64,000 bases of DNA, taken from the IMG/VR virus record IMGVR_UViG_3300020446_000005. The stretch is one strand, 5' to 3'. The notes beneath the pieces are model-generated. The model saw only the letters and a program-made list of their open reading frames with translations, searched no databases and had not been told where the DNA came from. Below are positions 47,411-56,450 of the stretch, piece by piece; the first letter of the stretch is position 1; each line of letters starts with the position of its first letter. The position numbers and the translations under genes are program-made. This DNA comes from an uncultured virus (IMG/VR IMGVR_UViG_3300020446_000005). Taxonomy: Duplodnaviria > Heunggongvirae > Uroviricota > Caudoviricetes.

Positions 47411-47997
47411 GTAGTATTAAATTAACAGCTGATTCTGGAGGAGGTACTTTTGAAATTAAGGCTCCTTCTTCTAGTGGAAATACAAGAGTACTAACTTTAC
47501 CTGATACACATAATCTTACTTTAAATGGAGGTAAAATTCTTCAAGTAAAATCAACAACTAAAACTGATACATTTACAACAACAAGTGGTACTTTTACTGA
47601 TGTTACTGGTTTAAGCGTAGATATAACACCTTCTTCTACTTCTAGTAAAATATTAGTCACTGTAGATATTACTGGAAGTGGTAGAGGTGGTTCGGCACGT
47701 GTACCAGTTCGTTTATTGCGTGACAGTACACCGATAGGTAACGCTACAGATGTAGGTAATAGAAAAGCATCTTTTGGTGTTTTATATACTGGTAGTGATG
47801 ACGCTGGATTTGCAACAGCTAATATACAATTTTTAGATTCACCAAATACTACTAGCTCTGTGACTTATAAAGTACAAATAGTTAATGGAAATAATAATGG
47901 TAGTACTGTTGTAGTTAATAGAAATTATAATGATACTAACTCTGCCACAAATCAAAGAGTTAGCTCTAGCATTACAGCACAGGAGGTAGCAGCATAG
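47407..47997 (+). CDS. Short fibre/tip protein, paralog 2
   Basis: ATGA overlap; GKILQV...SSKILV...ITAQEVAA. Confidence 0.75.
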   Translation: MSSIKLTADSGGGTFEIKAPSSSGNTRVLTLPDTHNLTLNGGKILQVKSTTKTDTFTTTSGTFTDVTGLSVDITPSSTSSKILVTVDITGSGRGGSARVPVRLLRDSTPIGNATDVGNRKASFGVLYTGSDDAGFATANIQFLDSPNTTSSVTYKVQIVNGNNNGSTVVVNRNYNDTNSATNQRVSSSITAQEVAA

Positions 47998-48048
47998 AAG
48001 TTGATATATTTAGTTCCTCTAAAATAAGTAAATAAAAGAATTTTTAAT

Positions 48049-48372
48049 ATGGCATTAGATCATGAAGCCATTTATGAGGCTTATAAAGGTGTTGTAGTTT
48101 CTATAGATGACAGTGCAGGAGCCTTCGATGCTAGTGGAAACTCTGTTAGTCTCGACTCCGACAAAATCGCAACCGCAAGAGCTTCATTAAATGCAGCTGC
48201 AGCAGCAATAAAATATCAATCAGATAGAACTACTAATGGATCTACAAAGTATGACACGGTGGGTAATCAGCTCGACATGCTCTACAAAGACTTGGTAGCA
48301 GGTAAGTTAGATACTACTGGAACATGGGCAACACATATTAAAGCTGTAAAGGACGCTAATCCAAAACCATGA
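48049..48372 (+). CDS. Tail fibre chaperone-like small protein
   Basis: LDHEAI...QLDMLY...IKAVKDANPKP. Confidence 0.7.
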   Translation: MALDHEAIYEAYKGVVVSIDDSAGAFDASGNSVSLDSDKIATARASLNAAAAAIKYQSDRTTNGSTKYDTVGNQLDMLYKDLVAGKLDTTGTWATHIKAVKDANPKP

Positions 48373-49505
48373 GTGAAATCAAAGTAAATTCGATAAAAGG
48401 GGTAGGAGCTAGTGCTGCTGCTATTACTGTAAATAATTCTGATGGAACGTGTACTGCTAATATTACTAATAACCTAAGTAATAGAAATGTTTTAATAAAT
48501 GGAGAATTTAGAGTAAATCAAAGAGGTAACCAAACAGGTATAAATTCTGGAGGTTCAAATTATACCTTGGATAGATGGATTTTTGGCCTTAACAATGGAG
48601 GTACTTGGAGTATATCCCAATCAACTGACACTCCAGATGGTTTCGGAAATTCACTTAAGTTAGATTGCACTACTGCTGATTCATCATTAGCAGCAGATGA
48701 TTATCTTCTTCTAAGACAGAAATTAGAAGGTCAGGATTGTCAAGCATTTGCAAAAGGCACTTCTGCTGCAAAACAATTTGCTGTTTCTTTTTATGTAAAA
48801 ACAAATAAATCTGGACTTTATACTGTTGAAATACATGATAACGATAATAATAGAATAGCCAGTAAAACATTTACAGTATCAGACGGAAACTGGAATCGTT
48901 ATTCATTAATTTTTCCAGCCGACACAACAGGTGCTTTTGATAATGATAATGCTCAATCATTAACTTTTAATATTTGGTTAGGAGCAGGATCAGGATATAC
49001 AAGTGGAACTTTCAATACTTCTAGTTGGGCAGCAAAGGCTAATGCAAATAGAGTTTCAAGTTCAAATGTAAACCTTGCAGATTCAACATCAAATGAATTT
49101 TTCCTTACAGGAGTTCAATTAGAAGTAGGCAGCGTGGCAACAGATTTTGAGCATAGGTCATTCGGTCAGGAGCTTGCTTTATGTCAGAGGTATTATGAAA
49201 CATCATATGACTTTGTTGGTGGTACATATCCGGGTGCTGCAAATTCTTCCCATTACTTTATGACAACACCTGATGGATATTCTTTTCAACCCGGTATAGA
49301 TTTTAAAGTTGTTAAAAGAGCATCTCCTACTATAGTAATGTATTCAACTACTGGTGCAATAAATAAATTTAGAAAATGGAATGATGGAGTTGACCAAACG
49401 TCTGTAGGTGGACACATTTCAGCTAATGGATTTTTACCCCATGTAAGTGGTGCTACATCTAATGTGTTTTATGCTGGTCAATTTACAGCAGATGCCGAAT
49501 TATAG
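48369..49505 (+). CDS. Tail fibre / receptor-binding protein, paralog of 44490-45650
   Basis: NVLINGEFRVNQRG...GVQLEVG...ALCQRYY. Confidence 0.8.
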   Translation: MSEIKVNSIKGVGASAAAITVNNSDGTCTANITNNLSNRNVLINGEFRVNQRGNQTGINSGGSNYTLDRWIFGLNNGGTWSISQSTDTPDGFGNSLKLDCTTADSSLAADDYLLLRQKLEGQDCQAFAKGTSAAKQFAVSFYVKTNKSGLYTVEIHDNDNNRIASKTFTVSDGNWNRYSLIFPADTTGAFDNDNAQSLTFNIWLGAGSGYTSGTFNTSSWAAKANANRVSSSNVNLADSTSNEFFLTGVQLEVGSVATDFEHRSFGQELALCQRYYETSYDFVGGTYPGAANSSHYFMTTPDGYSFQPGIDFKVVKRASPTIVMYSTTGAINKFRKWNDGVDQTSVGGHISANGFLPHVSGATSNVFYAGQFTADAEL

Positions 49506-49514
49506 GAGATTATT

Positions 49515-49676
49515 ATGGCTAAGTATAAACTATTAAAAGATCATTATACAGGAAAATTAGATAACAGAGTTTTCCATGAGACAAAAGGGGCGATTCCATT
49601 CGATCCAGCAAACACCGACTACCAAGAATACCTTAAGTGGATAGCAGAGGGAAATACAGCCGAAGCTGCTGATTAG
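49515..49676 (+). CDS. Small tail fibre chaperone-like protein (53 aa)
   Basis: IPFDPANTDYQEYLKWIAEGN; AGGAG SD. Confidence 0.75.
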   Translation: MAKYKLLKDHYTGKLDNRVFHETKGAIPFDPANTDYQEYLKWIAEGNTAEAAD

Positions 49677-49730
49677 ACTGGTTAGTTTTTTATTTTTTAG
49701 TAGAATAAAAATATAAGATTTTTTAAAAAA

Positions 49731-49943
49731 ATGCAAAAAATTATTAATGCGATAGCTGTTGCGTCGGGTGTTGTTTCTTTGACTGTTGTAGGAGCTACAT
49801 TAGGCATTTATTTAAATAAAGATGCAATCATCAATAGCATACAGGAAAAGGCACTAGAAGCTGTCACAGGGAGCATAGGAGAATCATTACCAATACCTGA
49901 TGCGACTGGTGATGTAATTCCTAAAATCCCTAGTCCTTTTTAA
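49731..49943 (+). CDS. Small single-TM cyanophage protein
   Basis: MQKIINAIAVASGVVSL. Confidence 0.75.
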   Translation: MQKIINAIAVASGVVSLTVVGATLGIYLNKDAIINSIQEKALEAVTGSIGESLPIPDATGDVIPKIPSPF

Positions 49944-49945
49944 AA

Positions 49946-50671
49946 TTGTCAGAAATAAATCAAATAAATATAAATAATTTAGAAATAATTCCTATAAATA
50001 GTCATATTCATACGCCTATACATTCTTTACCTACAACTCCTCCAGTAAGTTTACAGATTGGTTCTCCTATTGTGGATATTCCAGGATGTATAAAATTTAA
50101 CCCTGCTAATAAAAATTCTTTAAAATTAATTGAAGAAGATAAAAGAGGAACGAGAACTTTATGTGATGGTGATGTTCCATATTTTTTTCCTATGGAATAT
50201 CAGCCAGAAAATTTAATTTATGTAGAAGAGCCTACTGTTCCTACGATTAAACCTTCTCCAGAATTAGATACACCTGAACCAAATTTAGATAATATACCTC
50301 AACCTCAAACAGAAGTTCCTTGTCCATCTCCTAATCAACCTAGAGTGGGTGCACTAACACGTAATGGAAATGAAAAGGTAGTCGGACATAAACTTAGTGA
50401 GGATAAAAAAACTTGTATAGTTTTATACGAAGACACTACAAAAGTTGAGAAATTATTACCAACCACATCTCAAGTAAGTACAACAGCTGCAATAGCAGTC
50501 GTAGCAACGGCAGCTGCAGCTTCAACACCCATCTTATTAAGATTAATAAAGCCTTTAATAAAGCAATTAATAAAAAGAATTAGAGCTTTGTTAGGTAAAA
50601 AAAAAGCAGAAAGATTTAAAGGTTTAAAAAGAAAAAAGAAACTTATTTCGGAATCTCATGCTGATGATTAG
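49946..50671 (+). CDS. Pro/Cys-rich protein with C-terminal TM and basic tail
   Basis: PIVDIPGC, CDG, TAAIAVVATAAA, KPLIKQLIK. Confidence 0.75.
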   Translation: MSEINQININNLEIIPINSHIHTPIHSLPTTPPVSLQIGSPIVDIPGCIKFNPANKNSLKLIEEDKRGTRTLCDGDVPYFFPMEYQPENLIYVEEPTVPTIKPSPELDTPEPNLDNIPQPQTEVPCPSPNQPRVGALTRNGNEKVVGHKLSEDKKTCIVLYEDTTKVEKLLPTTSQVSTTAAIAVVATAAAASTPILLRLIKPLIKQLIKRIRALLGKKKAERFKGLKRKKKLISESHADD

Positions 50672-51455
50672 GAATGACACCATGAGGATTTGTAACTACA
50701 ATATCTGAACAAATTTTTGCAGCTGGACTAGAAGGATGAAAGGTTACTCCAAGTTTTTTTTGCTCAGCACAATGTTTCAATCTTGCCATTTCAAAATCTA
50801 ATCGCTTGTTAGCTAATAGTTGTTGGTTTAATTTATTTTGAGTTGTGGCAGCAGCTAAACAACCCTCGTTGTGACGTTTATCTAAAGGTATGGTTATATT
50901 TAAACTCACTCCATATCCAATACTATGATTAGATTTTTGTCCAGTTCTTACAGGCTTCTCATACAATATACTTCCAGGATTATCTAATACGCCATCATTA
51001 TTAGTATCCGAGTTATCAAATACTGGATCATTATACATTTTTTCATAGGGATTTTTCCATGAATCTTGTAATGTGATAAAGGGTGTTATAGATAGGGTAG
51101 AACCTTGACAGGACACGCCATTTCCGTGGGTGTTAGTTATATACGGACCACTTAAATTTTGGATAGCCAAATTGGATACACTGCCACTCGAATTAGCTAC
51201 TGGGTTTGCTGTTGCAGACACACCTCCCACTTCATTTGCATAGAGAGGCGATCCGAATATATTTAAAGCTAAAATTAAATATTTTACTGACTGAAGGTTG
51301 ATACAGTATCTGTTACTGAATTTATTTCGGTTGTTCTCTGAATTATGGTTTGTGTCTTTAGCCCAGGTTGGCTGAGTGTTGTTGTCAGTTGCCAAGGCTT
51401 GCTCGAATCCGTTACCGTGAAGTTTGGCATATTTGTTGTATCTAGATTTGTCCAC
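50643..51455 (-). CDS. Exported-type cyanophage protein (start uncertain)
   Basis: Signal-peptide-like KYLILAL..PLYA then VSATANPVANSSGSV; LDFEMARLKHC. Confidence 0.7.
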   Translation of the reverse strand: MDKSRYNKYAKLHGNGFEQALATDNNTQPTWAKDTNHNSENNRNKFSNRYCINLQSVKYLILALNIFGSPLYANEVGGVSATANPVANSSGSVSNLAIQNLSGPYITNTHGNGVSCQGSTLSITPFITLQDSWKNPYEKMYNDPVFDNSDTNNDGVLDNPGSILYEKPVRTGQKSNHSIGYGVSLNITIPLDKRHNEGCLAAATTQNKLNQQLLANKRLDFEMARLKHCAEQKKLGVTFHPSSPAAKICSDIVVTNPHGVIPNHQHEIPK

Positions 51456-51754
51456 GTAGAATTTACTCCGTTTACTGACTGAGTAACATTTTGAGCTGGA
51501 GGAACCAAGCTATTGGCATCTGTACTAATGTTATTACCAGTTACGGTATATTGCCAGCCAGTTTGATAATCTATCACATTTATTGTCTCCGTTACCGTAG
51601 AAGTGGTTTCTGTATGGGACGTAAGACTACCAGTCTGAAAGTTTGGCACCAAGGGTACGCTTACTACAGGTGCAGTGATGCAATTTACAGCGACCACAGG
51701 TATCACACAATAAATGTTCTTTATGATCTTCATCATCTTTAATTGCAAAAGCAT
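51284..51754 (-). CDS. Exported-type beta-rich cyanophage protein
   Basis: Signal-like N-terminus then VPLVPNFQTGSLTSHTET. Confidence 0.7.
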   Translation of the reverse strand: MLLQLKMMKIIKNIYCVIPVVAVNCITAPVVSVPLVPNFQTGSLTSHTETTSTVTETINVIDYQTGWQYTVTGNNISTDANSLVPPAQNVTQSVNGVNSTWTNLDTTNMPNFTVTDSSKPWQLTTTLSQPGLKTQTIIQRTTEINSVTDTVSTFSQ

Positions 51755-51766
51755 GATCTTTTAATT

Positions 51767-52267
51767 TCATTTGATGCTGATCTCACTTACAAATTGACCG
51801 ATTGCACTTGTCCCAGCACCGCCTCCTACCAGAGTAACTGCACCTGAAGTTGCGATTGTACCAGCTAAATCGCCTGCTGATCCTGATGCTGTTGAAGTTT
51901 GGCTACTAAAATTACCTACTGCCCCTACACTGGGAGCACTGGTAGCAACCGCATCTCCTTGGGTAAAGGATTGTGTGAACGAGAAACTGTTGCCAGCTGT
52001 CTTCTGTGTAACCTCTAACGCAGGTATCGCACCGACTCCTGATGATATAGTCAGTGATCCCAGTCCATCAGAAACTGCACTACCCCCTGTTGGTGTGTAT
52101 GTTGTATCCACCCCTGATCCCGAAACCGCATAAGTGGTTCCTATCCGCTCAACTTGAGTTGCTGCAGCGTTTGTGGTTAATTGTACAGAGCTGCTGAGTT
52201 TTGAAGTAATATCGCTTTTTGCTACGGGTGCATAAAACAATATCAATAATGGGATTAATTTCCTCAT
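51767..52267 (-). CDS. Exported-type Ser/Gly/Thr-rich cyanophage protein
   Basis: MRKLIPLLILFYAPVAKS signal peptide; FSFTQSFTQGD. Confidence 0.75.
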   Translation of the reverse strand: MRKLIPLLILFYAPVAKSDITSKLSSSVQLTTNAAATQVERIGTTYAVSGSGVDTTYTPTGGSAVSDGLGSLTISSGVGAIPALEVTQKTAGNSFSFTQSFTQGDAVATSAPSVGAVGNFSSQTSTASGSAGDLAGTIATSGAVTLVGGGAGTSAIGQFVSEISIK

Positions 52268-52337
52268 TTTTTTATTCTTATTGTTTGCTATTCATAACTT
52301 TAATGGAGCTACACTTAGTAAATAATTCCTAAATAAA

Positions 52338-52763
52338 ATGGCTGAAAATTTAAAAGATCAACAAAAGAAAAATGTTTTTCAAAAGATAAAAGAAAATATA
52401 GATGATAAAGAGGAACAATTAGCCTTTATCTCAGTCGTGGTGAGGCTTGTTGTAGTTGGGTGGTCCGGTTTTATCGTGAGCTTAAACTACATAACTATCC
52501 CTGGCTATAGCACTGAACCCAAGGATATCACCTTCCCGGCTTCAATTCTGACGGGGGTTTTGAGTACATTTGGCGTAGAGGCAGCACGAAAAAGAGGAGA
52601 TGGAACTATGAAAATGGATAAAAACCAAACTCCAAATTTGACTAAGGCTGACTTCGAAAAACTTATAGAAAAAGCCACTCAGACTGCACCAACTCAAATA
52701 TTGCGTATCGAACAAGCTCCTATTAAGATAGTTACTGAAGGCACTAACAAAAAAGATGTATAG
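52338..52763 (+). CDS. Two-TM membrane protein
   Basis: VRLVVVGWSGFIVSLNY; ASILTGVLSTFGV. Confidence 0.75.
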   Translation: MAENLKDQQKKNVFQKIKENIDDKEEQLAFISVVVRLVVVGWSGFIVSLNYITIPGYSTEPKDITFPASILTGVLSTFGVEAARKRGDGTMKMDKNQTPNLTKADFEKLIEKATQTAPTQILRIEQAPIKIVTEGTNKKDV

Positions 52764-53304
52764 TAGACCAAAAAGAAATTGGGGAACTATTGGATTAGTT
52801 TCCCTCTTAGGAGTATCAAATATAGGTTTAATAAGTAATTTATCTAATAAAACAAATCTTCCTGTAATTAATTTACCTGTTGGTCCTTATACCACGTATC
52901 AGGTAGATGCTTCTGAATTTGGATATAAGATTTCTTACATGGCTAATGATCCCAAGGTTCTTACGACAGTTACAAACAGTGAGACACCTAAAGGATTTTT
53001 TGGTAATAAAAAAGAAAAAATAATAATTAGAAAAGAATTTACGATGAATGGTGAGAACAAAACCTCAGATGCTTCCAAAGATGGTTCTCAGCTTACAGAA
53101 GAGCAAATAGCATGTTACAAGTTAGAAGGAAGTGGTGAATCGACAGGAAGGCTTGTAGGGGCTTCTATGGGTGTCAAAGCAGCTCCAGCTGTAACCAACA
53201 TTCCTATAATTGGTTGGATAGCTGCAGGATGGATTACTATGTTCGGTCAAGATAAAGGAGCTGATATTGGTGGACAGATAGCTAGAGATTTTAATAATTG
53301 TTAA
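52756..53304 (+). CDS. Membrane protein with glycine zipper
   Basis: N-terminal TM; GRLVGASMG...IPIIGWIAAG. Confidence 0.75.
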   Translation: MYSRPKRNWGTIGLVSLLGVSNIGLISNLSNKTNLPVINLPVGPYTTYQVDASEFGYKISYMANDPKVLTTVTNSETPKGFFGNKKEKIIIRKEFTMNGENKTSDASKDGSQLTEEQIACYKLEGSGESTGRLVGASMGVKAAPAVTNIPIIGWIAAGWITMFGQDKGADIGGQIARDFNNC

Positions 53305-53354
53305 TAGCTAGATAAAATTGACTTAGCTATACTCAAAGTAATGAAATATTTATT

Positions 53355-53579
53355 ATGTCTTGCGAAGTCTCTCTTGAAAAATTAGAAGATACCTTAAAAC
53401 AACTGACTGAACAACAAAGTAGTCTATCAAATGATATTAAATTAAAAGATTTAGAATTATCTCAAACTAAAGAATCATATTTAAAAGTACTAGGAGCTAT
53501 TGAGATAATACAATTTTTAAAAACAGAAGTTCAACACCCTCCTGAAGTAGATTTAGAATTAGAACCAGAGGTTACATGA
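53355..53579 (+). CDS. Coiled-coil hypothetical protein
   Basis: LKVLGAIEII. Confidence 0.7.
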   Translation: MSCEVSLEKLEDTLKQLTEQQSSLSNDIKLKDLELSQTKESYLKVLGAIEIIQFLKTEVQHPPEVDLELEPEVT

Positions 53580-53580
53580 G

Positions 53581-53808
53581 ATGTTATCTGAGATGAACAA
53601 AGAAAGATATAAGGCTCTACAATTACTGGCGGATCATATTCGAACTCCTTCTCGTGATTTATCTCTTAATGCAATATTTAATGACGTAAAAGAGGAAGAT
53701 TTAAAATGGGTTACTGAAAAAATTCATTATTATTTATTAAGATTGCTAGAAGAATCAAACTGTGAGACTGAAGAAGATATTGAATTAATTCCATTAATGG
53801 AATATTAA
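53581..53808 (+). CDS. Hypothetical protein
   Basis: 75 aa helical ORF. Confidence 0.7.
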   Translation: MLSEMNKERYKALQLLADHIRTPSRDLSLNAIFNDVKEEDLKWVTEKIHYYLLRLLEESNCETEEDIELIPLMEY

Positions 53809-53863
53809 ATACATTTGTGTAAGTTTATGCAGCATAGAGTTTTTTCAAGGCAGCATATTACAT

Positions 53864-54274
53864 GTGATTAATTGCGAGCAAGACCTCTTAGTAAATCTAA
53901 TTGAACTATCTCCAAAAAATGCTCGACGAAAATTTAGACAGTCAATTTTTGAAGCTTGGAAATGGAAATGTGCATATTGTGATAAGGATCTAAATACTTT
54001 TACCGCGACAATTGATCATATTATTCCAAAATTTAAAGGTGGACATAATGTTAAATCTAATATGATTTGCTCCTGTTCGAAATGTAATAGATCTAAAGGA
54101 TCTGTATCGCTAGAAGATTGGTATAATACCGCTAATTCTTGTTATTCAGAGGAAAGACTTGGTAAAATAAAGCATTGGATAGAAGATAATAGTGGAACTA
54201 TTAAGCTTGTATCTTCAGACAAAGCTACTCCGTACATAACAAATGATTTCTACATCGGATGGATCCCAAGCTAA
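53864..54274 (+). CDS. HNH endonuclease
   Basis: CAYC...TIDHIIP..KGG...N...CSKCNRSKG. Confidence 0.9.
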   Translation: MINCEQDLLVNLIELSPKNARRKFRQSIFEAWKWKCAYCDKDLNTFTATIDHIIPKFKGGHNVKSNMICSCSKCNRSKGSVSLEDWYNTANSCYSEERLGKIKHWIEDNSGTIKLVSSDKATPYITNDFYIGWIPS

Positions 54275-54431
54275 AGCTAAGGCATTTTTGAAAGATAAAA
54301 GTCAAAAGATCATGGAATATATGCCTGAGTTACAAAGAGCACGTATGCCAGATGCACTTGCAAGAACTGAAGGTCAGAAAGGACAAGACCTGATGACTAA
54401 AGCAGTAGATGGAACTTTAAAAATTCTATAA
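54243..54431 (+). CDS. Hypothetical protein with FL motif
   Basis: AKAKAFLKDK. Confidence 0.55.
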   Translation: MISTSDGSQAKAKAFLKDKSQKIMEYMPELQRARMPDALARTEGQKGQDLMTKAVDGTLKIL

Positions 54432-54440
54432 TTAAGAAAA

Positions 54441-54728
54441 ATGTCTAAGAGAGCAAAAGCCAAACAATTATCTAAAGAGCGTTTAAAGTGTAATAAACCT
54501 AAAAGAACTCCTAGTCATAAAACAAAATCTCATGTTGTAAAAGCCTGTAAGGATGGAAAAGAAAAAATAATTAGATTTGGTCAACAAGGTGTAAAAGGAG
54601 CAGGTAAAAATCCAAAGACTGCTAAAGAAAAAGCTAGAAAAAAATCATATTATGCACGACATAATGCCCAAGATTCTAATCCTGATAAGTTTTCTGCAAG
54701 ATATTGGTCACATAAAGTTAAATGGTAA
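54441..54728 (+). CDS. Basic conserved phage protein
   Basis: KSHVV...IIRFGQQG...SYYARH...SARYWS..KW. Confidence 0.8.
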   Translation: MSKRAKAKQLSKERLKCNKPKRTPSHKTKSHVVKACKDGKEKIIRFGQQGVKGAGKNPKTAKEKARKKSYYARHNAQDSNPDKFSARYWSHKVKW

Positions 54729-55523
54729 TTAAATAAGACTCCAACTCCTCCACCATTTTGTAATTACATATTTACATCCTTTAATTGGTGGTAAGGCTTC
54801 ATGAATTGTTTTAAAGTTTGGAAAGCCATTACTGTATAAATTATTCCAAGCAATTAATAACCCTTTTTTTGGTTTAATTTTTAAATTTAATCGCTTAAAA
54901 TAAGTTTCTCCTCCCTCTTCAACATCATTTAAATAGATCATTGTTGTCCAAGTTCTTTGACCCATCCATTCACAGTAAGTTTTATATTCCTTTGTAAGTG
55001 GATTAAAAAAATCACAGTGTTCTTTATAGTATTCACCCTCTTCATATTTTTGAGCTTGCATTGTTTCGCCTAAAAACGGTTCTAATTCCATTAAATTTGA
55101 TATTTTCTTATCAATACTTAAATAAAAAGGGTCTTTAAAGTAATTCAAATCAGAGGTTTTACTAGTTCTGTAATTATTTACTAAACAAGTATCATCTCTG
55201 TCTGCAACTGTAGATGGTCTTAAATTTCTTGATATCATTGAGATTAATTTATCACATTCTTCATATCCTAGAAATCTTTTACATTGATATATCTGTGTAA
55301 AAGGATAGTAAATTCGATCTGTCTTTTCAATTATTGGATTATTATAAAACTCTTTATAATTTATTTTTGTTGGTTTTTTCTTAAATTGAGCTAATAATTG
55401 TAATTTGTTTATTTGTTCTTGATTTAAATTATATGTTTCTTTAAATTTTCTTTCTACTTGAGTTTTACTTGCACCACTAACAGATGCTTCAGTAAAATTT
55501 TTTATTAATTCCTCTATATTCAT
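54729..55523 (-). CDS. Prolyl 4-hydroxylase-like 2OG-Fe(II) oxygenase
   Basis: RTS, EHCDFF, QRTWTTMIYLNDVEEGGET, HEALP, KYVITKW. Confidence 0.9.
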   Translation of the reverse strand: MNIEELIKNFTEASVSGASKTQVERKFKETYNLNQEQINKLQLLAQFKKKPTKINYKEFYNNPIIEKTDRIYYPFTQIYQCKRFLGYEECDKLISMISRNLRPSTVADRDDTCLVNNYRTSKTSDLNYFKDPFYLSIDKKISNLMELEPFLGETMQAQKYEEGEYYKEHCDFFNPLTKEYKTYCEWMGQRTWTTMIYLNDVEEGGETYFKRLNLKIKPKKGLLIAWNNLYSNGFPNFKTIHEALPPIKGCKYVITKWWRSWSLI

Positions 55524-55571
55524 ATGAAAGTCCTATTAGTCTTAGAATACTAGTAAATACAGAAATTTCAA

Positions 55572-55739
55572 ATGGGAACTGTAGCAATTAGTTTTATTAT
55601 TCTTTTTGGTAGCAGTTATGGAATAAGTTCTGTTTTACTAAAAAGAAATGTACGGATTCATGAACCAAGCTATAGAACCAAAGAAAAAATTACAAGAGTT
55701 TATAAAGTCAAGAGATCTAATCAAGACCGGTTTATTTGA
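55572..55739 (+). CDS. Small TM protein (55 aa)
   Basis: MGTVAISFIILFGSSYGISSVLL; TAGAAT upstream. Confidence 0.5.
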   Translation: MGTVAISFIILFGSSYGISSVLLKRNVRIHEPSYRTKEKITRVYKVKRSNQDRFI

Positions 55740-55848
55740 TGACATTCCGGATATACCTGAATTTACTGTAGATACAAGAGCTAAAGCACTACGTGGTGTT
55801 GCTCCTTAATTCAGTCTTGGTACTATATGTATAAAGGTTTCAATTTAT

Positions 55849-56061
55849 ATGGATGTTAATCTCCCAGTAGATCAAGAATTTGCAATTCATGCTGCTGCTC
55901 TAGCAATCCAAACTTTAGACCGCGTAGAATTAGAAGAAGCATTTATTGAGCTTTTACATCAAAAAGCATTAGATCGTCAGATGTTTTATGGCATTATGAA
56001 GGATCATGGTATAGATGCAAACATTCAATTTCAGCTATCAACTGAAGGTCAAATTACTTAA
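55849..56061 (+). CDS. nblA: NblA-like phycobilisome degradation adaptor
   Basis: LPVDQEF...LDRVELEEAFIELLHQ...RQMFYGIMK fits the two-helix NblA pattern (LSLEQQF...MSREQ...L..Q). Confidence 0.65.
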   Translation: MDVNLPVDQEFAIHAAALAIQTLDRVELEEAFIELLHQKALDRQMFYGIMKDHGIDANIQFQLSTEGQIT

Positions 56062-56066
56062 AAAAC

Positions 56067-56450
56067 ATGGCTACACGAACAATAACAGGCACTCTTGATA
56101 CTTTCAGTGTTGATGGTGGTTCTGAAATTACTTATGTAGGTGGATCTACCACTGGCGACAGAAGTGATGATGTAAGGGGATTTGAAGTAAATCCTGGAGG
56201 AACAGGTAACATTATTGTAAATATTTTAAAATCCTCTGGTATTCGTAATGTACAAATATTTCAAAAAGATTCTTTTTCAACAGGTAGTGCTCCTACTGGA
56301 TATCAAAAATTCTTTGATATTGAAAAGGCTGGCAAGGGAAAAGGAGCTGTAGGAGTTTCTGTAACTAATGCTGCTAAAGATTATGTTGTACTACTGACAT
56401 ATGATGGTTATTCTGAAGTAAGTTACAAAGGCACTGTTGACGTTCCCTAA
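56067..56450 (+). CDS. Beta-rich hypothetical protein
   Basis: 127 aa Gly/Thr/Val-rich ORF. Confidence 0.7.
   Translation: MATRTITGTLDTFSVDGGSEITYVGGSTTGDRSDDVRGFEVNPGGTGNIIVNILKSSGIRNVQIFQKDSFSTGSAPTGYQKFFDIEKAGKGKGAVGVSVTNAAKDYVVLLTYDGYSEVSYKGTVDVP

Noticed and set aside
44490..49505. Diversity-generating retroelement target/template pair
   Set aside because: No reverse transcriptase in window; shared block is coding in both genes, precedes the variable tips and differences are not adenine-specific
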